From NCBI RefSeq assembly GCF_963921235.1, contig NC_086118.1, positions 14,262,001 to 14,326,000 of the forward strand: a stretch of DNA of 64,000 nt. The letters are read 5' to 3'. Position numbers and translations under genes: made by a program. Source of the DNA: Mobula hypostoma. Taxonomy: Eukaryota. Of this stretch, positions 35,576 through 47,308 are shown piece after piece (positions within the stretch are counted from its first letter, which is position 1; the number at the start of each line of letters is the position of its first letter). Below the pieces are notes generated by a model. It ran no database searches. It worked only from the letters and a program-made list of their open reading frames with translations, and was not told the origin of the DNA.

Positions 35576-36251
35576 GATGGGAATTAATGTTCACATATTA
35601 GTGGCCATAGGGCACAATCCATGGTGCTGGACTTTGGAAGTACAAAGATAGAGGTGGAGCCCCATTTAAAACCATTTGCACTTTCATTCAAAGTTTCAAC
35701 TGTGAAAGCAACAGTCTTCTTCGTGCTGAAGCTTCTCATGTCCAGAATAAAGTGTAATATCCACCTCTGCTGCCTTCCCAGAATAAAAAGCTATGTCATA
35801 TTTTATGCATCAGCAAAATATTCAGGCCTGAGCATTTAGAGAAGTTGGCAGGTGTGATGAATGTCAAGGGTAGGTAACTCAGAGGTTGACCAAAGCTATT
35901 TTATAGCTGATTTCAATCAATGTCACAAGTGGATGCCTGTCTGACTGGATTAAAAGTACCAGATAAATTTCTGATTAAGTGTATATGTCTTCTTACATAA
36001 TTCATAACAAGTCAAGTTTGATGAATTATATAGGTGTCATTGGCAAGGCTAGTATTTATTGAAGACATGGAACTTTCTCAGACTGCCTTTGCTTTTCTGA
36101 TGACAGTTTGCCTGAAGTGATGTAGGGTACAGCGTTCAGCATGTAGGTCCAGGATGAAGAAGGAACGGTGATATATTTCCAAGTTGGGAGTGCGTGATTA
36201 GAGTGAGTCTGCAGATAGCGGTGTTCCCTTGTTCTAACTACCCTTATCTCA

Positions 36252-38320
36252 AAGTTCAAGGTTCAAATTTATTATCAAAGCACATACACATCACCATGTG
36301 CAGATCTGAGATTCATTTTCTTTAGGGCATCTACAGTAAATACAAAGAAATTCAATAGAATCAATGAAAGAACAGATGGACAAGCACCAATGTGCAAAAG
36401 GCAACAATCTGTGCAAATACTAAAAGAGAAAAAGTAAAATAGTAATGACAAATAAATATCAAGAACATATGATGAACAGTCCTTGAAAGTGAGTCCACAA
36501 GTTGTGAGAATAGTTTAGAGATGAGCTGAGTGAGGATGTGTGAAGTTATCCCTTTTGGTTCAAAAGCCTGATGGTTCAGGGGTAATAACTGTTCCTGAAC
36601 TTGGTGGTGTGAGTCCTGAGGCTTCAGTACCTCCTTCCTGATGGCAGCAGTAAGACGAGAGCATGGCCTGGATGGTTAGGGTCCTTGATCATGGATGCAG
36701 CTTTCCTACAATGACATTGCATGTACAGTAGATGTACTCAGTGTTGGGGAGGGCTTTACCCATGATGGACTGGGCTATATCCATTACTTTTTGTAGGTTT
36801 TTCTGTTCAAGGTCATTAGTGTTTCCATACCAGGCCACGGTGAACCAGTTAATATACTCTCCACCACACATCTATTGAAGTTTATCAAAGTTTTAGAAGT
36901 CCTCTTGAACCTTCATAAACTTATAAAAAAGTAGAGGTGCTGCCATGTTTTCTTTCTGGAGGCACATATGTGCTGAACCCAGGACAGGTCTTCCAAAATA
37001 ATAACACAGAGGAATTTAAAATTATTGACCCTCTCTGCCACTGATCCTCTGATGAGGCTCATGGAGCACCGGTTTCCTCCTCCTGTAGTCAACCATAAAA
37101 TATTTGGTCTTTCTGACATTGAGTGAGAAGTTGTTGTTATTACACCACTCAGCCAGATTTTCAATCTCCCTCCTATATGCTGATTTATTACCACCTTTGA
37201 TTCGTCCAACAACAGTCATGTCATCAGCAAACTAAAATACGGCATTGGATCTGTGCTTTGCCTCAAAGTCATAAGTATAAAGTGAGTAGAGTAGGGGGCT
37301 AAGCACACAGCCAATCTGATGGAGATTGTGGAGGAAATGTTGCTGCCAATCCAATCTGACTGGGTCTGCAACTGAAGAAGTCAAGGATCCATTTGCACCA
37401 AGCTACTGAGGCCTAGCTCTTGAAGCTTATTGATTAGCTTTGTGGGGATGATAGTATTGAATGCCAAACTGTAGTCAATGATGGGCATCCTGTTCAATGC
37501 ATCTTCCCTGTCCGGATGTTCCAGGGTTGAGTGAAGAGCTAATGAAATGGCATCTGTTGTGGACCTTTTGTGATGGTAGGCAAACTGGAGTGGATCCAAT
37601 TCATTTCTCATACTGGGGTTGACATGTTTCATCACCAGCCTTTCAAAGCACTTTATTGCAGTGGATGTAAGTGCTACTAGACAATAGTCACTGAGGCAAG
37701 TTACCATGTTCTTCTTAGGCACTGGTATAATTAAAGCCTGCTTGAAGTAGATGGGTACCTAAGCCTGTTAAAGCAGGAGGTTAAAGATCTCAGTGAACAC
37801 TCCAGCCAATTGATCAGCACAGATCTTTAATACTCGGCCAGATACACCATCTGGGCCAAATTCTTTTCCCTAAAGGATGCTTTCACGTTGGCCTCAGAGA
37901 CGTAAATCACAGTGTCATTGGGGCCTGTGGCAGTTCGTAAAGATACCTCCATGCTCTGATTGTTAAAGTGAGCATACAAATCTTCGAACTCATCTGGGAG
38001 CAAAATCTTGTGTTGCCATGTCGCTTGATTTCACTTTGTAGGAGACGAGAGCATTCAAGCCCCGCATCAGCTGTTGAACACCCTTCAGTGTTTCAAGTTT
38101 GGTCCAGAACTGGCACTCCACATGTCAGATGGCTTTACGGAGGTCATACCTGGTCCTCTTGTATCTTACCTGTTCAGCAGACCTGAGCACCATTGATCTG
38201 GCCCTCAGAAGATGGTGGATCTCATTGTTCTTCCAGGGCTTTTGGTTGGGGTTGACACTGACTGATATTGTAGGGACACACTCATCTACAACTGTTTTTG
38301 TAAAGTCTGGGACACCGTGA
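36252..38320 (-). mobile_element. Rex1/Babar LINE, 5'-truncated, degraded
   Basis: Fragments PNQKPW, CLSDYCLVALT...LQFAY...IDYSLAFNTIIP and AYRREIENLAEWC; aagttcaaggttcaaa tail. Confidence 0.9.
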
Positions 38321-39060
38321 CGTATTTTCTTTGTTGGTATAGACATTATTGGGTTCAGCAGGTACATTGTGAAGGATTCTAGTTGAGTAACTGCTGTGCA
38401 TTTTGTAGATGGTGTTGTACAGCAATGGTCTATCAAGGGTAGAGGGAATATTATTTCAGCTGCTGACTTTGTCCTGGGTGATGTGGTAATTTTCTTTCCG
38501 AACTTGACTTAGCTAGGCGAGGAGAGTATTCCACTACATTCCAGAAATATGAATTGAAGATGGTGGAAGGGTTTTGCAGTACCAGGAGGTGAATGGCTTA
38601 TCACCAGATACCCAACCTTTGTGGCTACTATATTTATGTAGATGACTCTTTCTGAAATTTGCATTTATCAAGTAAACAGTAAATGACATTAAGGTTGTAT
38701 TTGACTACAGGTATTACAGAAAAATTGTATTGATTTCTATTTAAAGAGTGTCTTTAACATGGTAAATCATTCCAAGACCTTTACTTAAGTATTATAAGCC
38801 ACAATTTGACACACAGTTTCACAATAATTTATCATAATCTATCCTGGTTAATATGGTGGTAGATCTCCTGGAGTTTCTTGAAGAAGAAGAGGGATGAACA
38901 TAGTTACCAATAATGCGACAGTCAAAGCAAGGGGCATACATGAGATCAGGATTGGATTGGAGGAGGAATTTGGCATAATTGGATCTTCATTGAACAAAAC
39001 AGGGGTGCTCAGAGAGGCATTGCTAGAACAAAATGAATCAAATTAAGCAAAAAAAAAATC

Positions 39061-39575
39061 ATCAGAATCAGGTTTAACATCACTGGCATATGTTGTGAAA
39101 CTTGTTAGCTTTGCGACAGCACTACAATGCAATACAGGATAATAGAGAGAAAAAGAAAACTGTGAATTACAGTAAATATATATAATAGTTAAATTAAGTA
39201 AGTAGTGCAAAAAGTAGGAAATTAAAAAGAAGTAGTGAGTTAGTGGTCATGGGTTCAATGTCCATTCAGAAATCTGATGGCAGAAGAGAAGAAGCTGTTC
39301 CTGAATCATTGTGCCTGTGCCTCCATCCTGATGGTATCAATGTCCTGGTGATGGAGGTCCTTAATGATAGACACCGTCTTTTTGAGACAGTGATCCTTGA
39401 AGATGATCTGGATACTATGGAGGCTAGTACCTATGATGGAGCTGACTAATTTTACAACTCTCTGCAGTTTACTTCAGCCCTGTGCAGTAGCCACCCACCC
39501 GTTCTCCTCCCATACCAGACAGTGATGCAGCCAGTTAGAATTCTCTCCATGGTGCATCTGTAGAAATTTGTGAAT
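39061..39575 (-). mobile_element. Rex1/Babar LINE 3' fragment
   Basis: cataccagacagtgatgcagccagttagaattctctccatggtgcatctgtagaaatttg; tail atcagaatcag. Confidence 0.8.
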
Positions 39576-40917
39576 AATAGTGAACCTTATGAACAAAATA
39601 GATTTCTTAAATGATGTCTTATTATTGAGCTACCTTGATAGAGCTGAAATGAATCAAAATCATAAATATTATAGATTTCTGACTGGAACACGTTCCCTAT
39701 CATGTTGAAAAATCAATCTCCAGAACTATAAGTCACACAGAGAATTAATGAGTTTAATTTCCTTCCTTGCCCCTAACAAGTAACATTTTCATTAATCTTT
39801 CAAAGAAGTAAATATCCTCAATGAATTCACCTACGGCAGTGTTTGTGTTATGAATTTCTTTCATCATTCTGCTCTTCTTACTTTATACCTTGCCTAGCAG
39901 ATAACACAACGGCAAGCATCAGCTCTCAGTTCCATGAAAACAAAGATAACATGATAAAGAACAAAACGGTCTGCTGTTGTTTGATTTGAAATGGTTTGAT
40001 GTCAGGCTGGCAAAGCAACATCAAGAGTGTTTGCTTTTGCCAAAGACCTATGTCCCAAATATGCTATGTTATGGAGCAGATTGAAAGATATATTTATCAT
40101 TTCATCAGTACAAATACCACAGGGCATCAGGGCATTCATATGAAACTTGGATCTTGCCTTGTTGACTCTGTAAGCCTTGATCATGCACGAATGGTAGGAA
40201 CCTTTGTTCATTTCAATAAATCCATTCTACTCACTATTATCATCTCATTTTACTGGCTCTTGCTCTTACTTGGTTATTTAGAATGGAGAAGTATTACAGA
40301 TGTCCAACTCCTCACTTATATGATGCATGTTTCACATTGTTTAAACTATTTTTACTCAGTACTCAGGAGGGAGAAGAAAGTGCTTAGAACATCTTCAGGG
40401 ACTATCAAAACCTGGCAGATTTATTACCATCACGCACTAAACATGTCAGAATTTAACAACTGTAATGCATAGAGATTTTCATCCGTTGCCAAGTTACAGA
40501 TGGAAAAGCTGGGATAAAAAAGTTTCTCCTGATATTTTATAACTCTGTTAAAAAATTGCTACTTAACTAAATTTTTGAATTCAATAAATCCATATTGTCA
40601 TCGTTTAGCCAGGTTTGTGTAAACCAGTAATCCTGAAATCGTTGTAACTGTATCAATGGATTTCCCAAAAGAGATAGAAACATATTATAAGTTAAACGGA
40701 CCTGCTTCAGCTCATACTTGTGTAGTAATATTATTTTGTAAAGCTTGGATGGAGTTTTGCTGGGAGTGAATAATTTAATATCAGGAGGAAAATGCCGCAA
40801 AAGAACATGAACTATCACTTGATTCAGTGTTTATCAAAATAAGGTGATTAGGAAAGAGAATCTAATTTAATCAATGCAAGGGTCCATTAACTGGTTTTGT
40901 CACACCAGTATAATTCT

Positions 40918-41245
40918 GTCATCATCATCATCATCATCAGGTGCCATTCCCAGTTTGAGCTTTGACTGCCATGGGCCCACACACTCCAGTTTCGGGTCAA
41001 GTGGATCAATTCATTGGTATTCATTTCCAGTTCTCTGGCTGCTGTCTCCATCACCATTTGTCTTTGCCTTCCTCTTGCTTTCTTCCCTTCAATCTTTCCA
41101 ATAATTACCGTACATTCTACCTCCTCTTTCCTAATCACATGTCCAATGAAGTCACATTGCCTTTTCATGATCTCATACATTATTTCTCTTTTTGTGCTTG
41201 CTCTGTTCATGACATCCTCATTAGATATTTGTTTCATTCATGAAC
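40918..41245 (-). mobile_element. RTE-clade LINE 3' end with (TGA)n tail
   Basis: ORF 40887-41237 reads ISNEDVMNRA...KRQCDFIGHVIRKE...IIGKIEGKKARGRQR; (CAT)n at 40918-40939. Confidence 0.85.
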
Positions 41246-42695
41246 CTTAGAATGGGCATTGACCATTGCAATATCGTTAGAGTCTGCAGCAAAGGATGCA
41301 GCAGAACTATGGAAAAGGAGGTTAGAATGTGAAATGCACAAAATGTCCTTGAATGGTGCAAAAAGCCAAATATTTTACTGATGTAGCAAATCCTCACATG
41401 ATGCAAAAGACCTTTGGTTCAAAGAAAAACTCTGCAGATAATGTCACAGACAAAGTCATATATAGAAGGTTGTGTGCAGGCAGAAAAAAAGCACAACCGA
41501 GTGAAAAGTCTCAAACACAAAACTAAGAAGTGCATAAAGTTACTGAATGTAAAGCAGAATCAGACAACGCAGAGTCTGGCAAAGGTGAACTATCTTGCCT
41601 AGAATTGCATAGAATTACTGAAACAGAGCAAAGAATCAACTGGATCACAATAGATGTGTCCGGTGTAAAACTGAAAATGGAGCTGGATACAGTGTTAGCT
41701 TTGTCCATATGTCCAGAGGCTGACCACAACAGTCTGTTTTCTACGATACAACAAGAGAAGACCTCAGTGATGTTAAAGAGCTATACAGGGAAAAAGTGTC
41801 TTCCAAAGGTGAACTGAAAGTGAAGGTCACACATGGAGGCCAAACACAGCGGTTAGGGCTTTATGTATTGAAAAGTAGAGGGCCAGCACTTTTTGGAAGT
41901 GAATGGTTGAGAAGATTCTAACTAGACTAGGACTCAATCAAAGACCTCAATGTGACATCAACAGGCAATGACAACCCAAACAGTAGCACTAACCAGAGAC
42001 TGGCACAGCTGCTTAATGCTAATGAGAAGGTGTTTGAGAAGGGTGTCTGCAAATAGAGATTGAGGTATCAACAGTTACAATTTTGGGCACTATTTCTAGG
42101 AGCCCACTCTTATGACATAGAGTTCAAAGATACCAAACAACACAGCAACGCTGATGGCTTGTGTCATCTTCCACTACTGGCAACTGAAGAAGAAAATTCT
42201 TCATACTGTGACCCAGCAGAGGTCTTCCCACCACATCAGTGGACCTGTTGCCAGTAACAAATTCTGAAACACATCCTAACATTTTCAAAAGTCTATGAAA
42301 TCACCACGAAAGGATGGCCAGCTCATGATAACCCTAAGTTTCCAGAGTTTCCAACTGTCGGTATGTCAAAGAATGCTGATCTGTGGATCTCGTGTTTGGA
42401 TTCCCTCTAAACTGCACACCAGAGTGTTAGAAAATCTGCATGAAGGACACCTGTGTACAATCAAGATGAGCGGTCTCACCAAGAGTTATGTGCAGTGGGC
42501 AGAAATAGATAAACAGACTGAAAGTTTGGCCAAAAGCTGTCCAGGATGCCTAGAAGTTCAAAATGCACCCAACAGGCAGCTTTACACCTGTGGGAGTGGC
42601 CACTGTCACCATGGCAAAGAGTACATACTTTATTCTTATACTTCAAAGTTGCTGGTGAATGCAGCAGGCCAGGCAGCATCTCTAGGAAGAGGTAT

Positions 42696-42731
42696 GGTCG
42701 ACGTTTCGGGCCGAGACCCTTCATCAGGACT
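42696..42731 (-). ncRNA. Minimal type I hammerhead ribozyme (intact)
   Basis: Minus strand AGUC-CUGAUGA-AGGGUCUCGGCCC-GAAA-C-GUC/GACC. Confidence 0.85.
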
Positions 42732-43914
42732 AACTGAAAGAAGCATTCTTATGCCTGCCTGCAATCACTGTTTTTTTTGACTTTGTCATGTTAGGCAAAG
42801 ATCGCAAGATTTTACATCTGCAGACGCCAGAGCCTGCTGGCCCTGACGTTAGCAGGCATGAACTTCAGATTGCGGACCCTGCCATTGATCTCGCCGGCTC
42901 CAACACCTCAGGGCGTATTCAAAACCTGGACTCCAGCAATGACCATGGACACCTTCAAAGCGATTGCGCAACCACCAGCTGCGATTCCAGCCTTGAACTC
43001 CAGGCCGGGTCTTTATATGCCACTATTGTGACTCCTGTCTCCACTTCCCCCACCACTCTGCAACCCCGTCTCCCTCAGATCCCACTGTTAGCTCCTGGGC
43101 CCTCAGAGGCTCCATCTTCCTAGCACCCCAACCCTCCCCTCTCCACTGACACCCCCAGCCTCCCCCCTCCCCCCTCTGATCCTAGCTCTCATCCGTGCCG
43201 GGTCTTTACCATCCCCTCTGACCTTCAACTCTCTGAGGCAGAACACTCTGTCCTCAGTAAGGGCCTCACCTTTGTCCCCCTTCGCCCACACCTCAGCGAG
43301 TTCCGTGTTCGCCATGACACGGAACTCTTCTTTCGCTGACTCCGTCTCCGAGCCTACTTCTTTGGCAAGGACTCTTCCACCCCCACCGATGACCCCTTCT
43401 CCCATCTTCAACCCTCCTCCTCTTCATGGACACCCCGCTCTGGTCTTCTGCCTGCTCTGGATCTCTTTATCGCTAACTGCCAACGGGACATCAACCGTCT
43501 CGACTTCACCGCACCTTGTTCCCATTCAAACTTCACTCCTTCCGAACGCTCTGCTCTCCACTCCCTCCGCACTAATCCTAACCTTACTATAAAACCCGTC
43601 AATAAGGGGGGTGCTGTTGTAGTCTGGCATACTGACCTCTACCTTGTCGAGGCACAGCAACAACTCGCGGATACCTCCTCTTATTTACCCCTCGATCATG
43701 ACCCCACTAAGGAGCACCAGCCCATTGTCTCCCACACTATCAACGACTTTATCCGCTCAGGGGATCTCCCATCCACTGCTACCAACATTATGGTTCCCAA
43801 CCCCGCACTTCCCGTTTCTACCTCCTACCCAAGATCCACAAACCTGCCTGTCCTGGCAGACCTATTGTCTCAGCTTGCTCCTGCCCCACTGAACTCATTT
43901 CTGCATACCTCGAC

Positions 43915-44625
43915 ATGGTTTTATCCCCCCTTGTTCAATCCCTTCCTACCTATGTTCGTGACACTTCTCATGCTCTTAAACTTTTCGATGATTTTAAGTT
44001 CCCTGGCCCCCACCGCTTTATTTTCACCATGGATGTCCAGTCCCTATATACTTCCATCCCCCATCAGGAAGGTCTCAAAGCTCTCGGCTTCTTTTTGGAT
44101 TCCAGACCTAACCAGTTCCCCTCTACCACCACTCTGCTCTGTCTAGCGGAATTAGTCCTTACTCTTAATAATTTCTCCTTTGGCTCCTCCCACTTCCTCC
44201 AAACTAAAGGTGTAGCTATGGGCACCCGTATGGGTCCTAGCTATGCCTGCCTTTTTGTTGGCTTTGTGGAACAATCTATGTTCCGTGCCTATTCTGGTAT
44301 CTGTCCCCCACTTTTCCTTCGCTACATCGATGACTGCATTGGCGCTGCTTCCCGCATGCATGCTGAGCTCGTTGACTTCATTAACTTTGCCTCCAACTTT
44401 CACCCTGCCCTCATGTTTACCTGGCCCATTTCCGACACTTCCCTCCCCTTTCTAGATCTTTCTGTCTCTATTTCTGGAGACAGCTTATCTACTGATGTCT
44501 ACTATAAGCCTACTGACTGTCATAGCTACCTGGACTATTCCTCTTCTCGCCCAGTCGCTTGCAAAAATGCCATCCCCTTCTCGCAATTCCTCCATCTCCG
44601 CCGCATGATGAGGCTCTCAAGATGA
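43915..44625 (+). pseudogene. Penelope-like reverse transcriptase segment
   Basis: FTMDVQSLYTSIP, QTKGVAMGTRMGPSYACLFVG, LRYIDDC, LPFLDL, VYYKPT. Confidence 0.92.
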
Positions 44626-45121
44626 GGCTTTTCATTCCAGGACAAGGGAGATGTCCTCCTTTTTTAAAGAAAGGGGATTTCCTTCCTCCACTATCAACTC
44701 AGTTCTCAAAAACATCTCCCCCATTTCACACACATCTGCACTCACTCCATCTTCCTGCCACCCCACTAGGAATAGGGTTCCCTTGGTCCTCACCTACCAC
44801 CCCACCAGCCTTCGGGCCCAACATATTATTCTCTGTAACTTCTGCTACCTCCAACGGTATCCCACCACTAAGCACATCTTTCCTCCCCGCGCCCCCCCCC
44901 CCCGCTTTCTGCAGGGATCACTCCATACGTGACTCCCTTGTCCATTTGTCCCCCCCATCCCTCCCCACTGATCTCCATCCTGGCACTTATCCTTGTAAGC
45001 GGAACAAGTGCTACACATGCCCTTACACTTCCTCCCTTACCACCATTCAGGGACCCAGACTGTCCTTCCAGGTGAGGCGACACTTCACCTGTGAATCGAC
45101 TGAGGTGATATGCTGCGTCCG

Positions 45122-46584
45122 TGTCATAAGGAGGTGGCTAGGAACGGACCCAAGTGCAAGACACAAACACTGAAGTACGAGGGACAGGACTAGGATACAC
45201 GGTGAGGGCAAGGGCATGGACACGAAAACCAGGAACCCGGAACAGGACTGGACAAGAGAGCTAGGAGCCCGGGCATGGACTCCGAGCCAGAGACTGGATA
45301 AGGACCCAGTACCTGGGTCTTGCCTCTGGCTCAGACCTCAGAACTAGGCAAGGACGAGGCTAGGCTGGCAGGCAGGATGAGGCTGGAGTCTTCAGGTTTG
45401 AGACTAGAGGCAAGGCTTGGCAGGAGGCAGGAGACTTGAAGCGAGGCTTGGCAAGAGGCAGGAGACTTGAGGCGAGGCTTGGCAGGAGGCTAGAGACTAG
45501 AGGCAAGGCTTAGCAGGAGGCAGGAGACTTGAAGTGAGGCTTGGCAGGAGGCAGGAGACTGGAGTCTTCAGGCTTGAGGCTAGAGACTTAAGCCAAGGCT
45601 TGGCAGGAGGCAGGAGGCTGGAGACTTGAGGCTTGCGGCTAGAGGCCAGAGACTTGAGGCGAGGCTCGGCAGGAGGCAGAAGGCTGGAGTCTTCAGGCTT
45701 GAGGCTAGGCAGGAGGCTGGAGTCTTCAGGCTTGAGGCTTGCCAGGAGACTGGAGTCTTCAGGCTTGAGACTAGAGACCAGAGGCGAGGCTTGGCAGGAG
45801 GCAGGAGGCTAGAGGCTCCTCCTGGGCAGGGCGTGGATCACCACCCAACAGAGACAAGGGACAGGAAGGGACAGAACCAACTGCAGGTAACGGCAAGAGG
45901 GCCTGGCTTACCCTATGGAGGCAAGGGTTAGGAAGGGACAGAACCAACCGTAGGTAATGGCAATACGGCCTGCCTTACCCAATGGAAGCAAGGGACAGGA
46001 AGGGACAGAACCAACCATAGGAAACGGCAATACGACCTGGCTTACCCGACTGAGGCAATGGACAGGAAGGGACAGATCCAACCACAGGTAACGGCAAGAC
46101 AGCCTGGCTTACCTGGGCGGAGGCAAGGGACAGGAAGGGAGTTAGGTACAGGGTGGCTCCAGGACAAGACTGCAGGCGAGACGAGGTGAGAGTTACCAGC
46201 AAGACCAGGCAAGGCTTCAGGCAATGCAAGGCGAGATGAGAACTTCAGGTGAGGCGAGAGTTACTGGCAAGACAAGGCAAGGGTTCTGGCAAAGCAAGGC
46301 AAGACGAGAACTTCAGGCGAGGTGAGAGTTACCGGCAAGACAAGGCAGAGTTTCAGGCGAGGGAACAGAAGGCAGAGGAAGGGATACAAGGAGTAAGGAC
46401 AAGAACAATCCAACAGCCACACCCTGGTCTCTGAAGGTATTTATGCAGCCAGCCCCAATGAGCATCAGCTGCCTCAATTAGAGCTCAACAAGAACAGAAA
46501 CAGGGTAGACAGGAAAACCTGGAGCAAGGGTCGATGGACCAGACCATGAACCGGAATACGGACTTCATGGACTGGACCATGACA
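45122..46584 (-). mobile_element. Solo LTR, family A copy 3 (1463 bp)
   Basis: TGTCA...TGACA termini; perfect TSD gtccg at 45117-45121 and 46585-46589; internal repeats of about 28 bp (ggcaggaggcaggagacttgaggcgaggctt) and about 66 bp; minus-strand CATAAATA near 46440. Confidence 0.92.
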
Positions 46585-47308
46585 GTCCGGTGCTCCCAAT
46601 GTGGCCTTCTATATATTGGCGAGACCCAACGCAGACTGGGAGATCGTTTTGTTGAACACCTGTGCTCTGTCCGCCAGCGAAAGCAGGATCTCCCAGTGGC
46701 CACACATTTTAATTCCACATCCCATTCCCATTCTGATATGTCTATCCATGGTCTCCTCTACTGTAAAGATGAAGCCACACTCAGGTTGGAGGAACAACAC
46801 CTTATATTCCGTCTGGGTAGTCTCCAACTTGATGACATGAACATTGACTTCTCAAACTTCCGCTAATGTCCCACCTCCCCCTCATACCCCATCCATTATT
46901 TATTTATATACACACATTCTTTTTCTCTCTCTCCTTTTTCTCCCTCTGTCCCTCTCACTATACCCTTTGCCTATCCTCTGGGTTTTTCCCCACTCCCCCT
47001 TTTCTTTCTCCCTAGGCATCCTGTCCCATGATCCTCTCATATCCCTTTTGTCAATCAACTATCCAGCTCTTGGCTCCATCCCTCCCCCTCCTGTCTTCTC
47101 CTATCATTTTGGATCTTCCCCCCTCCCCCTCCCACTTTCAAATCTCTTACCAGCTGTTCTTTCAGTTAGCCCTGACAAAGGGTCTCGGCCCGAAACATCG
47201 ACCGTACCTCTTCGTAGAGATGCTGCCTGGCCTGCTGCATTCACCAGCAACTTTGATGTGTGTTGTTTGAATTTCCAGCATCTGCAGAATTCCTCGTGTT
47301 ATGCTTCA

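Larger units (their letters stand above)
42646..47298 (+). mobile_element. Long Penelope-like element (RT + GIY-YIG + pLTR, short inverted pLTR at 5' end)
   Basis: LSKGLTFVP and IKPVNKGGAVVVW N-terminal motifs; RT 43915-44625; GIY-YIG split by an LTR at 45122; TSD ttatacttca (42636-42645) / ttatgcttca (47299-47308). Confidence 0.93.

Noticed and set aside
39996..40472. 158-aa ORF in non-repeat DNA
   Set aside because: No recognisable domain or clear splice signals; plausible by chance.
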